From positions 35,925 to 99,924 of the forward strand of contig CANQCR010000004.1 of NCBI GenBank assembly GCA_947589735.1: a stretch of DNA of 64,000 nt. Reading direction: 5' to 3'. How positions within the stretch are numbered: position 1 is the first letter of the stretch; each line of letters starts with the position of its first letter. A program made the translations under genes and the position numbers. Below, in pieces: positions 45,515 through 55,150 of this stretch. The notes under the pieces are model-generated. The model worked only from the letters and a program-made list of their open reading frames with translations, searched no databases and was not told where the DNA came from. This stretch comes from an uncultured Bacilli bacterium (GTDB lineage: Bacteria > Bacillota_I > Bacilli_A > RF39 > UBA660).

Positions 45515-46179
45515 TGAATAATATTGCATTTGGGGTTGTAGCTTTTCTCACCTTTGGTATATCTTTTATATCAGCATTTATTTTTCTTTCTAATTATTAT
45601 AAGTATCGAAAAAAAGAGATGCTAAATGGACTTAGTGGTTGTGAGGTAGCTGAAAAGATATTAAAGGCTAATCATTTAGAGAATGTTTATGTCATTCAAA
45701 TTAATGGGGAATTATGTGATAATTATGATGCTAACAGAAATGTTATTAAACTATCGAAAACTGCTTTTCATCATAGCGATATCGCATCAGCATTGTTAGC
45801 TTCATATATGGCGTCTTTAGCGATAAAAAATAAAAAGAAGACAACACTTATATCTTTAAATAATATTCTTAAACCTATTTTAGATATTCTAATAATCATA
45901 AGTTATATTGCTCTATTAATTTCGCTCATCTTAAATAATTATCAATATTTAAAGATAACAATTGGGGTAATGTTTATTATCGTTGTCTATCATCTTTTAA
46001 CTAATAAATTAGCAAGAGATACCAAGGTAAGAGCTAGTTTAGAGTTAAAGAAGCTATCACTTGTTAGTAAAGAAGAGATAGAAGATGTTAATCAAATGAG
46101 TGAAGCTTTAAGCTATTTGCCGTTAGCTTCGCTTATATTAATTCCTATAGAATTATGTAATAAACTAATAAAAAAATAA
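45514..46179 (+). CDS. YugP-like (Zn_peptidase_2 family) membrane protein lacking the HExxH motif
   Basis: 221 aa. The ATG overlaps the cysS stop (TAATG). Family-like segment: LSGCEVAEKILKANHL...GELCDNYDANRNVIKLS. The expected HEVGH position reads LASYMASLA. Confidence 0.6.
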   Translation: MNNIAFGVVAFLTFGISFISAFIFLSNYYKYRKKEMLNGLSGCEVAEKILKANHLENVYVIQINGELCDNYDANRNVIKLSKTAFHHSDIASALLASYMASLAIKNKKKTTLISLNNILKPILDILIIISYIALLISLILNNYQYLKITIGVMFIIVVYHLLTNKLARDTKVRASLELKKLSLVSKEEIEDVNQMSEALSYLPLASLILIPIELCNKLIKK

Positions 46180-46199
46180 TCATTAACGATTATTTTTTT
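46174..46199 (+). terminator. rho-independent terminator
   Basis: ATAATC-attaac-GATTAT followed by T7. Confidence 0.6.
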
Positions 46200-46252
46200 G
46201 TTGCTTATTAACACCTATTAGTATATAATACTACCTATGGGGAGTTGGTAAT

Positions 46253-47965
46253 ATGCCACAGACATCACGCGTTTTTGTTATATACTATCATCGTCAAGTT
46301 ATATGTGATGATTATCTATTATATATTCCTTGTAGTTATGGTGAGGGTAGTGTTGACAGAGCTGACCGCGTTTTTATTGATGATACGGGTAATAGCTATA
46401 ACCCATGCGATTCATATGAAATAATTGCTAACCCTAGTCAAGATCTAACTTATTTTTTTGATATTACTGCCAAAGATTTAAAAAATCGTTATCAGTTAAG
46501 AAATGAATATGAAGCTTTATCAAGATATTATGAAGAGATTAAAAATTTTGTTTTATTCGGCCGGGTTGATGCTGAACATAAGTTTATTGATATTATGCCT
46601 TTAGATAAAAAACAAATTAAAATGTTAACGGATCCTGTGACTTATTCTATTGACAGTGATGAAGCTAAGGTTGAACTTACAACAACCCAGTTAAAAACAA
46701 TTTTAAATTATAGTCGTTTAAGTGATGTAAGACGTGTTTTAGGAACTTTTTTAGCGCGAACAAATGCAATGAAAAAGTTAGCGGATAATCATCAAAATAA
46801 TGTCGCTGCTATTCAGACAAGCTTTGATGGAAGACATGTTGGTAGTGCCTATGGTAGACCAGTTTTATTAACAGGTGAAGAATTAGAAAAAGCAAAACAA
46901 GCCAGAATGAAGCGCGGTGGGAGTACATATAGTACCAAAGATATTTCTATAAGTCCAGAAACTAGTACTTTATCATCCCCCGTTTTAACTCCTGAAGTTG
47001 GTGGTTTTGGTTCGATGACGAAAAAAATATACACCGATATTACAGGTAGTTTAATTGGTCAAGATGATGTTGTTCAAGATATTATAAGTGTCGTTATGGC
47101 TAATGCTAGAGCGACCGACCCTAAAGAAATTATTAAGCCTTTTATCATTGGTCAAACTGGTAGTGGGAAAAGTTTATTATTTAAGTTATTAGGTGAAATG
47201 CTAGGTATACCCGTTATCTCAATTGACTGTAATATGATTACGCAAGAAGGATATAAGGGTAAAAGTGTTTTAGATATTCTAGTTGACTTATATTATCTAT
47301 GTGATAAAGACATTCAAAAGGCGAGTCGCGCTATTATTTTCCTAGATGAAGCTGATAAAATTGCAGCTCATGGTAATGATGTCAGTGATATTGGTGCCCA
47401 GCAAGCTTTATTAAAACTTATTGAAGGTAATCGTTTTGCCATTGATGTTGATAAATATGGTAATAAAGTCATTATCGATACAAGTATGATGACGATTGCT
47501 GGTGGTGGAGCTTTCGAAGGAATATTTGAAAAAACTTCAAGAAAATTAGGTTTTGGTAGTGAAGATGTTGCATCCGTTCGCGAGTTAACTTTAGATGATT
47601 TAAGAGAATACGGAATGACGAAAGAGTTTATCGGCCGGTGGGGACTATTTAGACAGTATCATCCTGTTACCAAAGAAATGTTAATGGATAACCTAAATCG
47701 TGGCGCTTTATCACCAATTACTATTAGAGGTAAAGCTTACTTAAGAGAATTTGGGATTACTATCGATTTTACGCCATCATACAAAGAGGCCTTATGTGAT
47801 GCGGCTATTACGCGTAAAAGTGGCTTCCGGGGGTTGGATGAAATTGTCAACAATAGTTTAATTAAAGCCCAATTTGCTCTTCAAACAAGCGATCAACCTT
47901 ATACTAAATTAGTTGTTACTAAGGAAACAATTGAAGATCCAAAGAAATATCAATTAATAAAATAG
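46253..47965 (+). CDS. ClpX-like AAA+ ATPase with an unrecognised N-terminal domain
   Basis: 570 aa. The C-terminal ~300 aa carry Walker A GQTGSGKS, Walker B IIFLDEADKI, and QQALLKLIEGN, LGFG, EFIGRW and GFRGLDEIV. No ClpX zinc ribbon. GGGGAG RBS. Confidence 0.75.
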   Translation: MPQTSRVFVIYYHRQVICDDYLLYIPCSYGEGSVDRADRVFIDDTGNSYNPCDSYEIIANPSQDLTYFFDITAKDLKNRYQLRNEYEALSRYYEEIKNFVLFGRVDAEHKFIDIMPLDKKQIKMLTDPVTYSIDSDEAKVELTTTQLKTILNYSRLSDVRRVLGTFLARTNAMKKLADNHQNNVAAIQTSFDGRHVGSAYGRPVLLTGEELEKAKQARMKRGGSTYSTKDISISPETSTLSSPVLTPEVGGFGSMTKKIYTDITGSLIGQDDVVQDIISVVMANARATDPKEIIKPFIIGQTGSGKSLLFKLLGEMLGIPVISIDCNMITQEGYKGKSVLDILVDLYYLCDKDIQKASRAIIFLDEADKIAAHGNDVSDIGAQQALLKLIEGNRFAIDVDKYGNKVIIDTSMMTIAGGGAFEGIFEKTSRKLGFGSEDVASVRELTLDDLREYGMTKEFIGRWGLFRQYHPVTKEMLMDNLNRGALSPITIRGKAYLREFGITIDFTPSYKEALCDAAITRKSGFRGLDEIVNNSLIKAQFALQTSDQPYTKLVVTKETIEDPKKYQLIK

Positions 47966-47991
47966 TCTATAAGTCATTATAGACTTTTTTT
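47964..47991 (+). terminator. rho-independent terminator
   Basis: AGTCTATA-agtcat-TATAGACT followed by T7. Confidence 0.75.
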
Positions 47992-48043
47992 AACCTTTAT
48001 TTTTAAACGTATTTTTAGTATAATTAACATTGGAGATGAGTTT

Positions 48044-48835
48044 ATGCATACTTTAAAGATGGAAAAATTATCAGTTATGGTTGGAACAAAAGTTATTCTT
48101 GATGATTTTAATTTAGAAATTAAAAGTGGCGAAGTTCATGCTTTGATGGGTCCTAATGGAACTGGTAAAAGTACTTTATCAAAAGTTATAATGGGCGATG
48201 ACACATATAAAATTGTTAGTGGCGATATTACTTTTGATGGTAAAAGTATTTTAAATATGACTACTGATGAAAGATCACGCTTGGGTATCTTTTTAGCTAT
48301 GCAATCACCAATTGCTATTGAAGGTGTCAGTAATGCTGATTTTTTAAGGACAGCTTGTGCAACTAGGGATGGAGATGCTTTTAAACTTTTTCCGTTTATT
48401 AAAGAATTAGAGGCTAATGCTGAGAAGTTAAAAATTGATACGTCATTTATTCATCGGGGCGTTAATGTCGGTTTTAGCGGTGGTGAAAGAAAGAAGAACG
48501 AGGTTTTACAAATGTATATGTTAAAACCTAAAATGGTCTTATTAGATGAGATTGATTCCGGTCTTGATGTTGATAGTTTAAAAATTGTTGGAACAAACAT
48601 TATGGATTATAAAAAGCAAGCTAAATGCGGTCTTTTAGTTATTACCCATTATGAACGTTTGCTTGATTATATTCGACCTGATTTTGTTCATATTATGGTT
48701 AATGGTCATATTGTTAAAAGTGGTGATCAAAGTTTAGTTAAATATATTGAAGATAATGGTTATGACGCTTTTATTGATAAAAAAGATGATTTAACTAGTA
48801 CTTGTATCGTGAGGGATATTTTAGATAATGAATAA
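48044..48835 (+). CDS. sufC: Fe-S cluster assembly ATPase SufC
   Basis: 263 aa. Walker A GPNGTGKST, signature FSGGERKK, Walker B LLDEIDSGLD, and the H-loop ITHY. Confidence 0.92.
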   Translation: MHTLKMEKLSVMVGTKVILDDFNLEIKSGEVHALMGPNGTGKSTLSKVIMGDDTYKIVSGDITFDGKSILNMTTDERSRLGIFLAMQSPIAIEGVSNADFLRTACATRDGDAFKLFPFIKELEANAEKLKIDTSFIHRGVNVGFSGGERKKNEVLQMYMLKPKMVLLDEIDSGLDVDSLKIVGTNIMDYKKQAKCGLLVITHYERLLDYIRPDFVHIMVNGHIVKSGDQSLVKYIEDNGYDAFIDKKDDLTSTCIVRDILDNE

Positions 48836-49625
48836 AATAGTAATAGATGAATCAAATGTTGAACTAAAAAAAATCACGAAAAAACTTGATATTCAAGTTA
48901 ATAAGACCGACACCATAACTGGTATTATCAACATTCAAATTAATGTCTTAGGTTCTACTAATTTAGAAATTGTATACCATATGAACGCTAATAAATATCT
49001 ACTTACTATTAATGTTATGCCCGGAGTGAAATTAACTTTATCGACGTTAAAAGAGGGAAGTAAAGGTAAAATACAATCTGTTTTCAATCTTTTTGAAGAG
49101 AGCGAAGTAACATATGATGTTTTTAACAGTATCAAGGGTATTAAAGAGATGTTATTAGTTAATTTAAATGGACCTAAAGCATCTTTTAACTATAATTTTA
49201 AAGGCATTGCAACAGATAAAGAAACATATGATATTGTTATTAATCATAACTATAAAAATACTGTAAGTAATATTAGAAACAATACTGTTAATATCGATAA
49301 TGGTAAGGTTACTTTTCAAGTCTCAGCGTATGTTCCTAATGGTATTAAGAATTGTCTTGTTAATCAAGCTAATCGCATTATCAATTTTACGAATAATAAA
49401 TGCGAGATTAGACCTAATTTATATGTTGATGAGTTTGACACAACGGCGAATCATTCAGCCTTAATTGGCGGCTTTGATTCAAACGAGATGTTTTATTTAA
49501 AGAGTAGGGGTATTACGGAAGATGAAGCTAACAAATTACTTATATCAGGATTTTTGTTAAGTGATTTAAATAGTCAAAGTATTATTAGAAAAATTAAGAA
49601 AACAATCAAAGAATATTGGAGGTGA
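48828..49625 (+). CDS. sufD: SufB/SufD-family protein, short form
   Basis: 265 aa. The C-terminal family motif ANHSALIGGFDSNEMFYLKSRGITEDEANKLLISGFL is present. Overlaps sufC by 8 nt. Much shorter than Bacillus SufD or SufB. Confidence 0.75.
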   Translation: MNKIVIDESNVELKKITKKLDIQVNKTDTITGIINIQINVLGSTNLEIVYHMNANKYLLTINVMPGVKLTLSTLKEGSKGKIQSVFNLFEESEVTYDVFNSIKGIKEMLLVNLNGPKASFNYNFKGIATDKETYDIVINHNYKNTVSNIRNNTVNIDNGKVTFQVSAYVPNGIKNCLVNQANRIINFTNNKCEIRPNLYVDEFDTTANHSALIGGFDSNEMFYLKSRGITEDEANKLLISGFLLSDLNSQSIIRKIKKTIKEYWR

Positions 49626-49628
49626 TTT

Positions 49629-50819
49629 ATGTATCGTGATGATTTTGAGATTTTAGATGACCAACTTATTTATTTTGATAATGGTGCGACAACACTTAAG
49701 CCTCGTCTTTTAATAGAAGCCGTTGGGGATTATTATAACCACTATAGTGCGAACGCTCATCGGGGCGACTATGATATTAGCTTAAAAGTTGATGAAGAGT
49801 TTGAAAAAAGTCGTTTCCGGGTTAGTGAGTTTATTGGCGCTAATCATAATGAAGTTATTTTTACTAGTAATACAACGGATGCTTTAAATAAAATCGTTTT
49901 AGGATATTTTGCTAATTATTTAGATCAAGATGATGAAGTTTTAATAACGACAAGTGAGCATGCTTCAAATGTTTTACCTTGGTTTGAACTTGCTAAAAAT
50001 AAAGGTATTAAAGTTAGCTATATTCCACTTGATGGCAATCATAAAGTGACACTTGATAATGTTAAAAAAAGTATTACGAGAAAGACAAAGGTTATTTCAC
50101 TTGCCCATATAACTAATGTTATTGGCGATGTAAGACCGATGAAAGAAATTATTGCTTTTGCCCATCTAAATAACATTTTAGTGATTATTGATGGTGCCCA
50201 ATCTATTCCACATATGAAAATTGATGTTAAAGATATGGACGTTGATTTCTTAGCTTTTTCAGCCCATAAAATGTGTGGTCCAACCGGTGTAGGTGTTTTA
50301 TATGGAAAATATGAATTATTAAAACAGATGAAACCTTTAATTGTCGGTGGGGGAATGAATGGCAGTTTTGAAGCTAATGGTGAGGTTTTATATAATGAAC
50401 CACCACACTTTTATGAAGCTGGAACACCTAATATTGCGGGAGTGATTGGCTTTGGTAAAGTGATAGAATATTTAGATAAGATTGGTATGGATAATATTCA
50501 TAATTATGAATTAGAATTAAGACATTATGCTTTAGAAAAATTAAAAGAAATACCAGAGATTATCATTTATAATGAAAAGAGTGAAAGTGCCATTATCGCA
50601 TTTAATTATAAAGATGTTTTTGCTCAAGATTTAGCTATTTATTTAAATAAGTATCATATCTGTGTTAGAGCTGGTAATCACTGCGCTAAAATCTTAAAAG
50701 ATGAAATTAATATTAAAAATACGTGTCGTTTAAGTTTCTATTTCTATAACACCAAAGAAGAGATAGATAAACTTATCGAAGTTTTAAAAAATCCACACTT
50801 AAAGGATGAAATTATTTAA
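49629..50819 (+). CDS. sufS: cysteine desulfurase SufS (class V aminotransferase)
   Basis: 396 aa. PLP-lysine context FSAHKMCGPTG and active-site Cys context RAGNHCA. Confidence 0.9.
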   Translation: MYRDDFEILDDQLIYFDNGATTLKPRLLIEAVGDYYNHYSANAHRGDYDISLKVDEEFEKSRFRVSEFIGANHNEVIFTSNTTDALNKIVLGYFANYLDQDDEVLITTSEHASNVLPWFELAKNKGIKVSYIPLDGNHKVTLDNVKKSITRKTKVISLAHITNVIGDVRPMKEIIAFAHLNNILVIIDGAQSIPHMKIDVKDMDVDFLAFSAHKMCGPTGVGVLYGKYELLKQMKPLIVGGGMNGSFEANGEVLYNEPPHFYEAGTPNIAGVIGFGKVIEYLDKIGMDNIHNYELELRHYALEKLKEIPEIIIYNEKSESAIIAFNYKDVFAQDLAIYLNKYHICVRAGNHCAKILKDEINIKNTCRLSFYFYNTKEEIDKLIEVLKNPHLKDEII

Positions 50820-50842
50820 AAGGGATTAAAAATCCTTTTTTA
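50818..50842 (+). terminator. rho-independent terminator after sufS
   Basis: AGGGATT-aaa-AATCCTT followed by a T-run. Confidence 0.6.
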
Positions 50843-50873
50843 TTTTGTTATAATTATATTAGAAGGAAGTGTT

Positions 50874-52628
50874 ATGATGGCTGTTATAAAAGTGTTAGAT
50901 GAAGTTTTAGCTAATAAGATAGCTGCCGGTGAGGTCGTTGAAAGATGTGCTTCCGTTGTTAAAGAATTAGTTGAAAATAGTATTGATGCTTTATCAACCG
51001 AGATTCGTGTTGAGTTAAAAGAATCAGGTATTAAAGAAATCAAGGTTATTGATAATGGCATTGGTATGGATAAAGATGACGCTGTTAATTGTTTTTCGCG
51101 TCATGCGACAAGTAAAATAAAAGATGAAGATGATTTATATCATATCGCCACATTAGGCTTTCGTGGTGAGGCCTTAGCTAGTATTGCTAGTGTAAGTAAA
51201 GTTGAATTAATAACATCATTAGGATCTGTTGGAACGACGGTGAATGTTTCCGGTGGTAAAATAACTAGTGTTAAAAATAGTGATGCTAGAACCGGCACTA
51301 TTATGACGGTAAGAGATCTTTTTTATAATACGCCAGCTAGGCTTAAACACTTAAAAAGCCTTTATACCGAACTAGCTAATATTACGGAATACATTAATAA
51401 ACTCGCTTTAGCGCATCCTAATATTCGCTTCAGTTTAAGTAATGATGGTAAAGTTCTTTTTAAAACAGATGGTAATGGTGATATTTTAAAAGTTATTAAT
51501 GCAATATATGGCCTAGGTGTAACTAAGAAAATGGTCGAAATAACTGGCGAGAATAACGATTATACGATTAGTGGTTATATTTCTTTACCAGAGGTCCATC
51601 GCGCTAATCGAAATGGCATGGTAACGATTGTTAATGGTCGAAATGTCCGTAATGCCGAATTAAATCGTGAGATTAATGAAGCATATCATTCATATAAGCC
51701 GGATAACCGCTATCCTGTAGTTGTTTTAAATATTGAAGTTGATACGAGCTTAGTTGATGTTAATATTCATCCAACGAAGATGGATGTTAAGTTTAGTAAG
51801 CAAGAAGCTTTAAATGAACTAGTGCGAAAAACGATTCAAGATAAATTAAAAGAAAAAACGTTAATTCCCCACATTGAAGTCAAAAAAGAAAGTATCAAAA
51901 AAGAGAAGGTTACTCCGTTAACTTTGAATTTTGATACCCCTAAAGAAGAGCCTGAAGAAATTATTTTAAACGATATGTTCATAGAACCGATGATTAAAGA
52001 AGAAAGTGAAACATACGAAGTTCATGAAGATGTTAAAGAAAAATTACCGCTTATATATCCGGTCGGTTTAGTTCACGGAACATATATTATATGTCAAAAT
52101 GAATTAGGTATGTATATTATTGATCAACATGCTGCTAAAGAGCGCATTAACTATGAAATGATCAAAAAGAAATTAGCTAGTAAGAAAAAAGAAAAGACAT
52201 CATTGCTTTTCCCAATTACTATTGAATACCCTAATGATGAGTTTATTGTTTTAAAAGAAAATTTTGAACTTCTTCGTGATATGAATTTTGATATTGATGA
52301 GTTTGGGGTTAATTCTATCATTATTAAGGCGCATCCGGTATGGTTACCAATGGGTTATGAAGATGAAGCTATTAGAAGAATTATTGAAGTTGTTTTACAA
52401 AAAGAAAAAGATTTTGACTTATTAAGATTTTATGATCACGTGGCGGCGACTGTTGCTTGTAAGATGAGTATTAAAGCTAATACAAGTATTACTTTAGAAG
52501 AGATGCAACACTTGGTTGATGATCTAAGGAAGTGTGATAATCCTTTTAATTGCCCGCATGGTAGACCAACAACTATTTACTATACAATATCTGATTTAGA
52601 AAAAATGTTTAAGCGAAGTGGCTTTTAA
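50874..52628 (+). CDS. mutL: DNA mismatch repair endonuclease MutL
   Basis: 584 aa. GHKL ATPase motifs (ELVENSIDA; DNGIGM; GFRGEAL). C-terminal endonuclease motif DQHAAKERINYE plus CPHGRP. Confidence 0.94.
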   Translation: MMAVIKVLDEVLANKIAAGEVVERCASVVKELVENSIDALSTEIRVELKESGIKEIKVIDNGIGMDKDDAVNCFSRHATSKIKDEDDLYHIATLGFRGEALASIASVSKVELITSLGSVGTTVNVSGGKITSVKNSDARTGTIMTVRDLFYNTPARLKHLKSLYTELANITEYINKLALAHPNIRFSLSNDGKVLFKTDGNGDILKVINAIYGLGVTKKMVEITGENNDYTISGYISLPEVHRANRNGMVTIVNGRNVRNAELNREINEAYHSYKPDNRYPVVVLNIEVDTSLVDVNIHPTKMDVKFSKQEALNELVRKTIQDKLKEKTLIPHIEVKKESIKKEKVTPLTLNFDTPKEEPEEIILNDMFIEPMIKEESETYEVHEDVKEKLPLIYPVGLVHGTYIICQNELGMYIIDQHAAKERINYEMIKKKLASKKKEKTSLLFPITIEYPNDEFIVLKENFELLRDMNFDIDEFGVNSIIIKAHPVWLPMGYEDEAIRRIIEVVLQKEKDFDLLRFYDHVAATVACKMSIKANTSITLEEMQHLVDDLRKCDNPFNCPHGRPTTIYYTISDLEKMFKRSGF

Positions 52629-52684
52629 AGAATTGATAAAAAAGATATTTCTATGATATAATTACTTTGATAGGAGAGAAATAA

Positions 52685-53227
52685 ATGGAAGAGATTTTAT
52701 TTGAAACGGAAACTTTGATGCAAGAGGCCATCGAAAATATGGAAAAGCGATTTTTAAATATTCGGGCTGGCCGGGCTAATCCGGCTATGTTAGATGGTGT
52801 TATGGTTAGCTATTATGGCGTTGATACACCATTAAAACAATTAGCAACCATATCTATTCCCGAAGCGCGTCAGCTTGCTATAAAACCATTTGATCGTAGT
52901 TCCATTAGTGCGATTGAAAAAGGAATTTTAGCAGCTAATGTCGGTATAACACCAAATAACAATGGGGAAGTTATTATTTTAAACATACCAGCTTTAACAG
53001 AGGATACAAGAAGAGAATATGTTAAACAAGCTAAAGGTTATGCTGAAGATTGCCGGATAGTTTTACGAAATATTCGACAAGACGCTAATAAAGATATTGC
53101 TAAGTTAGAGATTCCTGAAGATGATGCTAAAGCAGGGGAAGAAGACGTTCAAGAACTAATTAATAAATATAATAAAGTGGTTGATGAAAAACTAAAAGAA
53201 AAAGAAGAAGAGTTAATGACCGTTTAA
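52685..53227 (+). CDS. frr: ribosome recycling factor
   Basis: 180 aa with typical RRF sequence (RAGRANPAMLDGVMVSYYG...IPALTEDTRREYVK). Confidence 0.94.
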   Translation: MEEILFETETLMQEAIENMEKRFLNIRAGRANPAMLDGVMVSYYGVDTPLKQLATISIPEARQLAIKPFDRSSISAIEKGILAANVGITPNNNGEVIILNIPALTEDTRREYVKQAKGYAEDCRIVLRNIRQDANKDIAKLEIPEDDAKAGEEDVQELINKYNKVVDEKLKEKEEELMTV

Positions 53228-53236
53228 CTCTTTTTT
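53209..53236 (+). terminator. rho-independent terminator after frr
   Basis: AGAGTTAA-tgaccgt-TTAACTCT followed by T6. It overlaps the stop codon. Confidence 0.65.
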
Positions 53237-53340
53237 GATGATGTTAAAGATGTAAAGAAATCTTCTAAATCCAAGGATAAACAACCTTTTTTTATTGTTA
53301 ATTACTACATTCTTTGATATAATTAATAAAGGTGATAACG

Positions 53341-54504
53341 ATGGCAGATGAAAAAGAAGTTAAAGTAAAAAGCAAAATAAATTATCGAAAGATTAATGAT
53401 ATTTTAAAATTATCACACAAAGTTTTAAAAGTTTTTTACATTTTAATGCTTATTGTTGGTATTTATGTTATTTTAAAAGTCTTTCAAGAGTTAAAAGTTT
53501 TTAAGATTGTTTTAGATATTTTAGGAATTATTGCTCCTTTATTTGTCGGACTTATTGTTGCTTGGCTTTTTAACCCAATTGTTTCTTTTTTGCAGAAGAA
53601 GGGGGTTAAAAGAGTCTTCGGGACAATCTTTGTCTATCTTATTTTATTAGGTATAATTGGTCTTATCTTAGGAACTTTACTACCTATTTTATATGATCAA
53701 ATTGTTAACTTTGCTAGCTCTATTCCTAATCTTCTTCGAAATGTTGAAGGATTTTTGGATAACTTCTTAGATAAGTTTGATCGAATTGATGGTATTGATA
53801 TTGTAACAATTAAAAATAACGTTTTGTTGGAAGTTGAAACATTTGGCGATAAGATTGTTGATACATTACCTTCAATGGTAATTGGTATTGGTAAAACATT
53901 AATCAATGGTATTTCAACTGTCGGTATTGGATTAATTATCGGTTTCTTCCTACTTATTAATTCTAGTAATGTAGGAGATACTCTAACTAGCCTACTACCT
54001 AAAAAATGGCGTAAAGATGCGACAGACTTATCAAAAATGATTGATGGAACGATGCGTAATTATGTCGTTGGTATTATTATTGATGCCTTTGTTATCTTTG
54101 TCATTTGTTCTGTTGTCTTTAGCTTAATTGGTTTAAGAGCGCCCCTTTTGTTTGCTATTTTCTGCGCTATTACTAATGTTATTCCATATGTTGGTCCATA
54201 TATTGGAGCGGTACCAGCTTTAATTGTTGGTTTCTCAATTAGTCCAACGGTCGGTATTTTAACTTTAATTGCTATCGCTGTAATTCAATTCTTTGAAGGT
54301 AACTTCTTACAAGATTATATTATGAGTAAAGCAACCAAATTACATCCTGTTACCATTATTAGTGGACTTCTTCTTTTTGGACACTATTGGGGTATTATCG
54401 GTATGGCTTTATCAACACCAATTATTGGTATTTTCAAACAACTTTGGTTGTTCTTTGATGCTAAGTTTGATTTCTTTGGATTAAGAGGTGAGGCAAGTGA
54501 ATAA
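53341..54504 (+). CDS. AI-2E family transporter (PerM-like permease)
   Basis: ATG 53341 (MADEKEV...), AAAGGTGA RBS. Multi-TM protein with the family segment NVIPYVGPYIGAVPALIVGF. Confidence 0.8.
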   Translation: MADEKEVKVKSKINYRKINDILKLSHKVLKVFYILMLIVGIYVILKVFQELKVFKIVLDILGIIAPLFVGLIVAWLFNPIVSFLQKKGVKRVFGTIFVYLILLGIIGLILGTLLPILYDQIVNFASSIPNLLRNVEGFLDNFLDKFDRIDGIDIVTIKNNVLLEVETFGDKIVDTLPSMVIGIGKTLINGISTVGIGLIIGFFLLINSSNVGDTLTSLLPKKWRKDATDLSKMIDGTMRNYVVGIIIDAFVIFVICSVVFSLIGLRAPLLFAIFCAITNVIPYVGPYIGAVPALIVGFSISPTVGILTLIAIAVIQFFEGNFLQDYIMSKATKLHPVTIISGLLLFGHYWGIIGMALSTPIIGIFKQLWLFFDAKFDFFGLRGEASE

Positions 54505-55150
54505 AATTGTTGCGATTGATGGTCCTGCAGGAAGCGGTAAGGGAACAGTTACGGAACTTATTGCCAAAAGATGCCATCTTGTTAATATCGATACCGGCGC
54601 AACATACCGGGCTGTCGCGCTTGCGGCCTTAAGAAATAATTTAACGATTGAAGATAAAGATGCTATAACAGAGTTATCAGGTAAGATTGATATTACGTTT
54701 GATGAAGCGGGACATGTTTATTTAGATGGGGAAGATGTATCTAGTGAAATTAGAGATAAAGAAGTAACGAAGTTTGTCTCACCAGTATCTAGTATTGTAC
54801 CGGTCAGAACTAATATGGTGGCTTTACAACGCAAAATGGCGGAAGGTAAAGACGTTATTATGGAAGGACGCGACATTACGACGGTTGTTTTCCCTAATGC
54901 TCAATATAAGTTTTATCTTGACGCTTCTTTAGAAGCCCGCGCTAAAAGACGTTTTGAACAAAATAAAGAAAAAGGCATTGATATGTCCTATGAAGAAGTA
55001 TTAGATAATATTCAAAAACGTGATTATAATGATATGCATAAAGAGGTTGGTTCGCTAATTAGAAGCGATGATGCTATATATATTGATACGACCAATATGA
55101 CAATTGATGAAGTTGTCGATAAAATGGTTAAAATAATAGAAGGTGATTAA
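54497..55150 (+). CDS. cmk: cytidylate kinase
   Basis: IAIDGPAGSGKGT P-loop, plus YRA.. and GRDI motifs. GTG 54497 is preferred over GTG 54488 on RBS spacing. Confidence 0.92.
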   Translation: MNKIVAIDGPAGSGKGTVTELIAKRCHLVNIDTGATYRAVALAALRNNLTIEDKDAITELSGKIDITFDEAGHVYLDGEDVSSEIRDKEVTKFVSPVSSIVPVRTNMVALQRKMAEGKDVIMEGRDITTVVFPNAQYKFYLDASLEARAKRRFEQNKEKGIDMSYEEVLDNIQKRDYNDMHKEVGSLIRSDDAIYIDTTNMTIDEVVDKMVKIIEGD

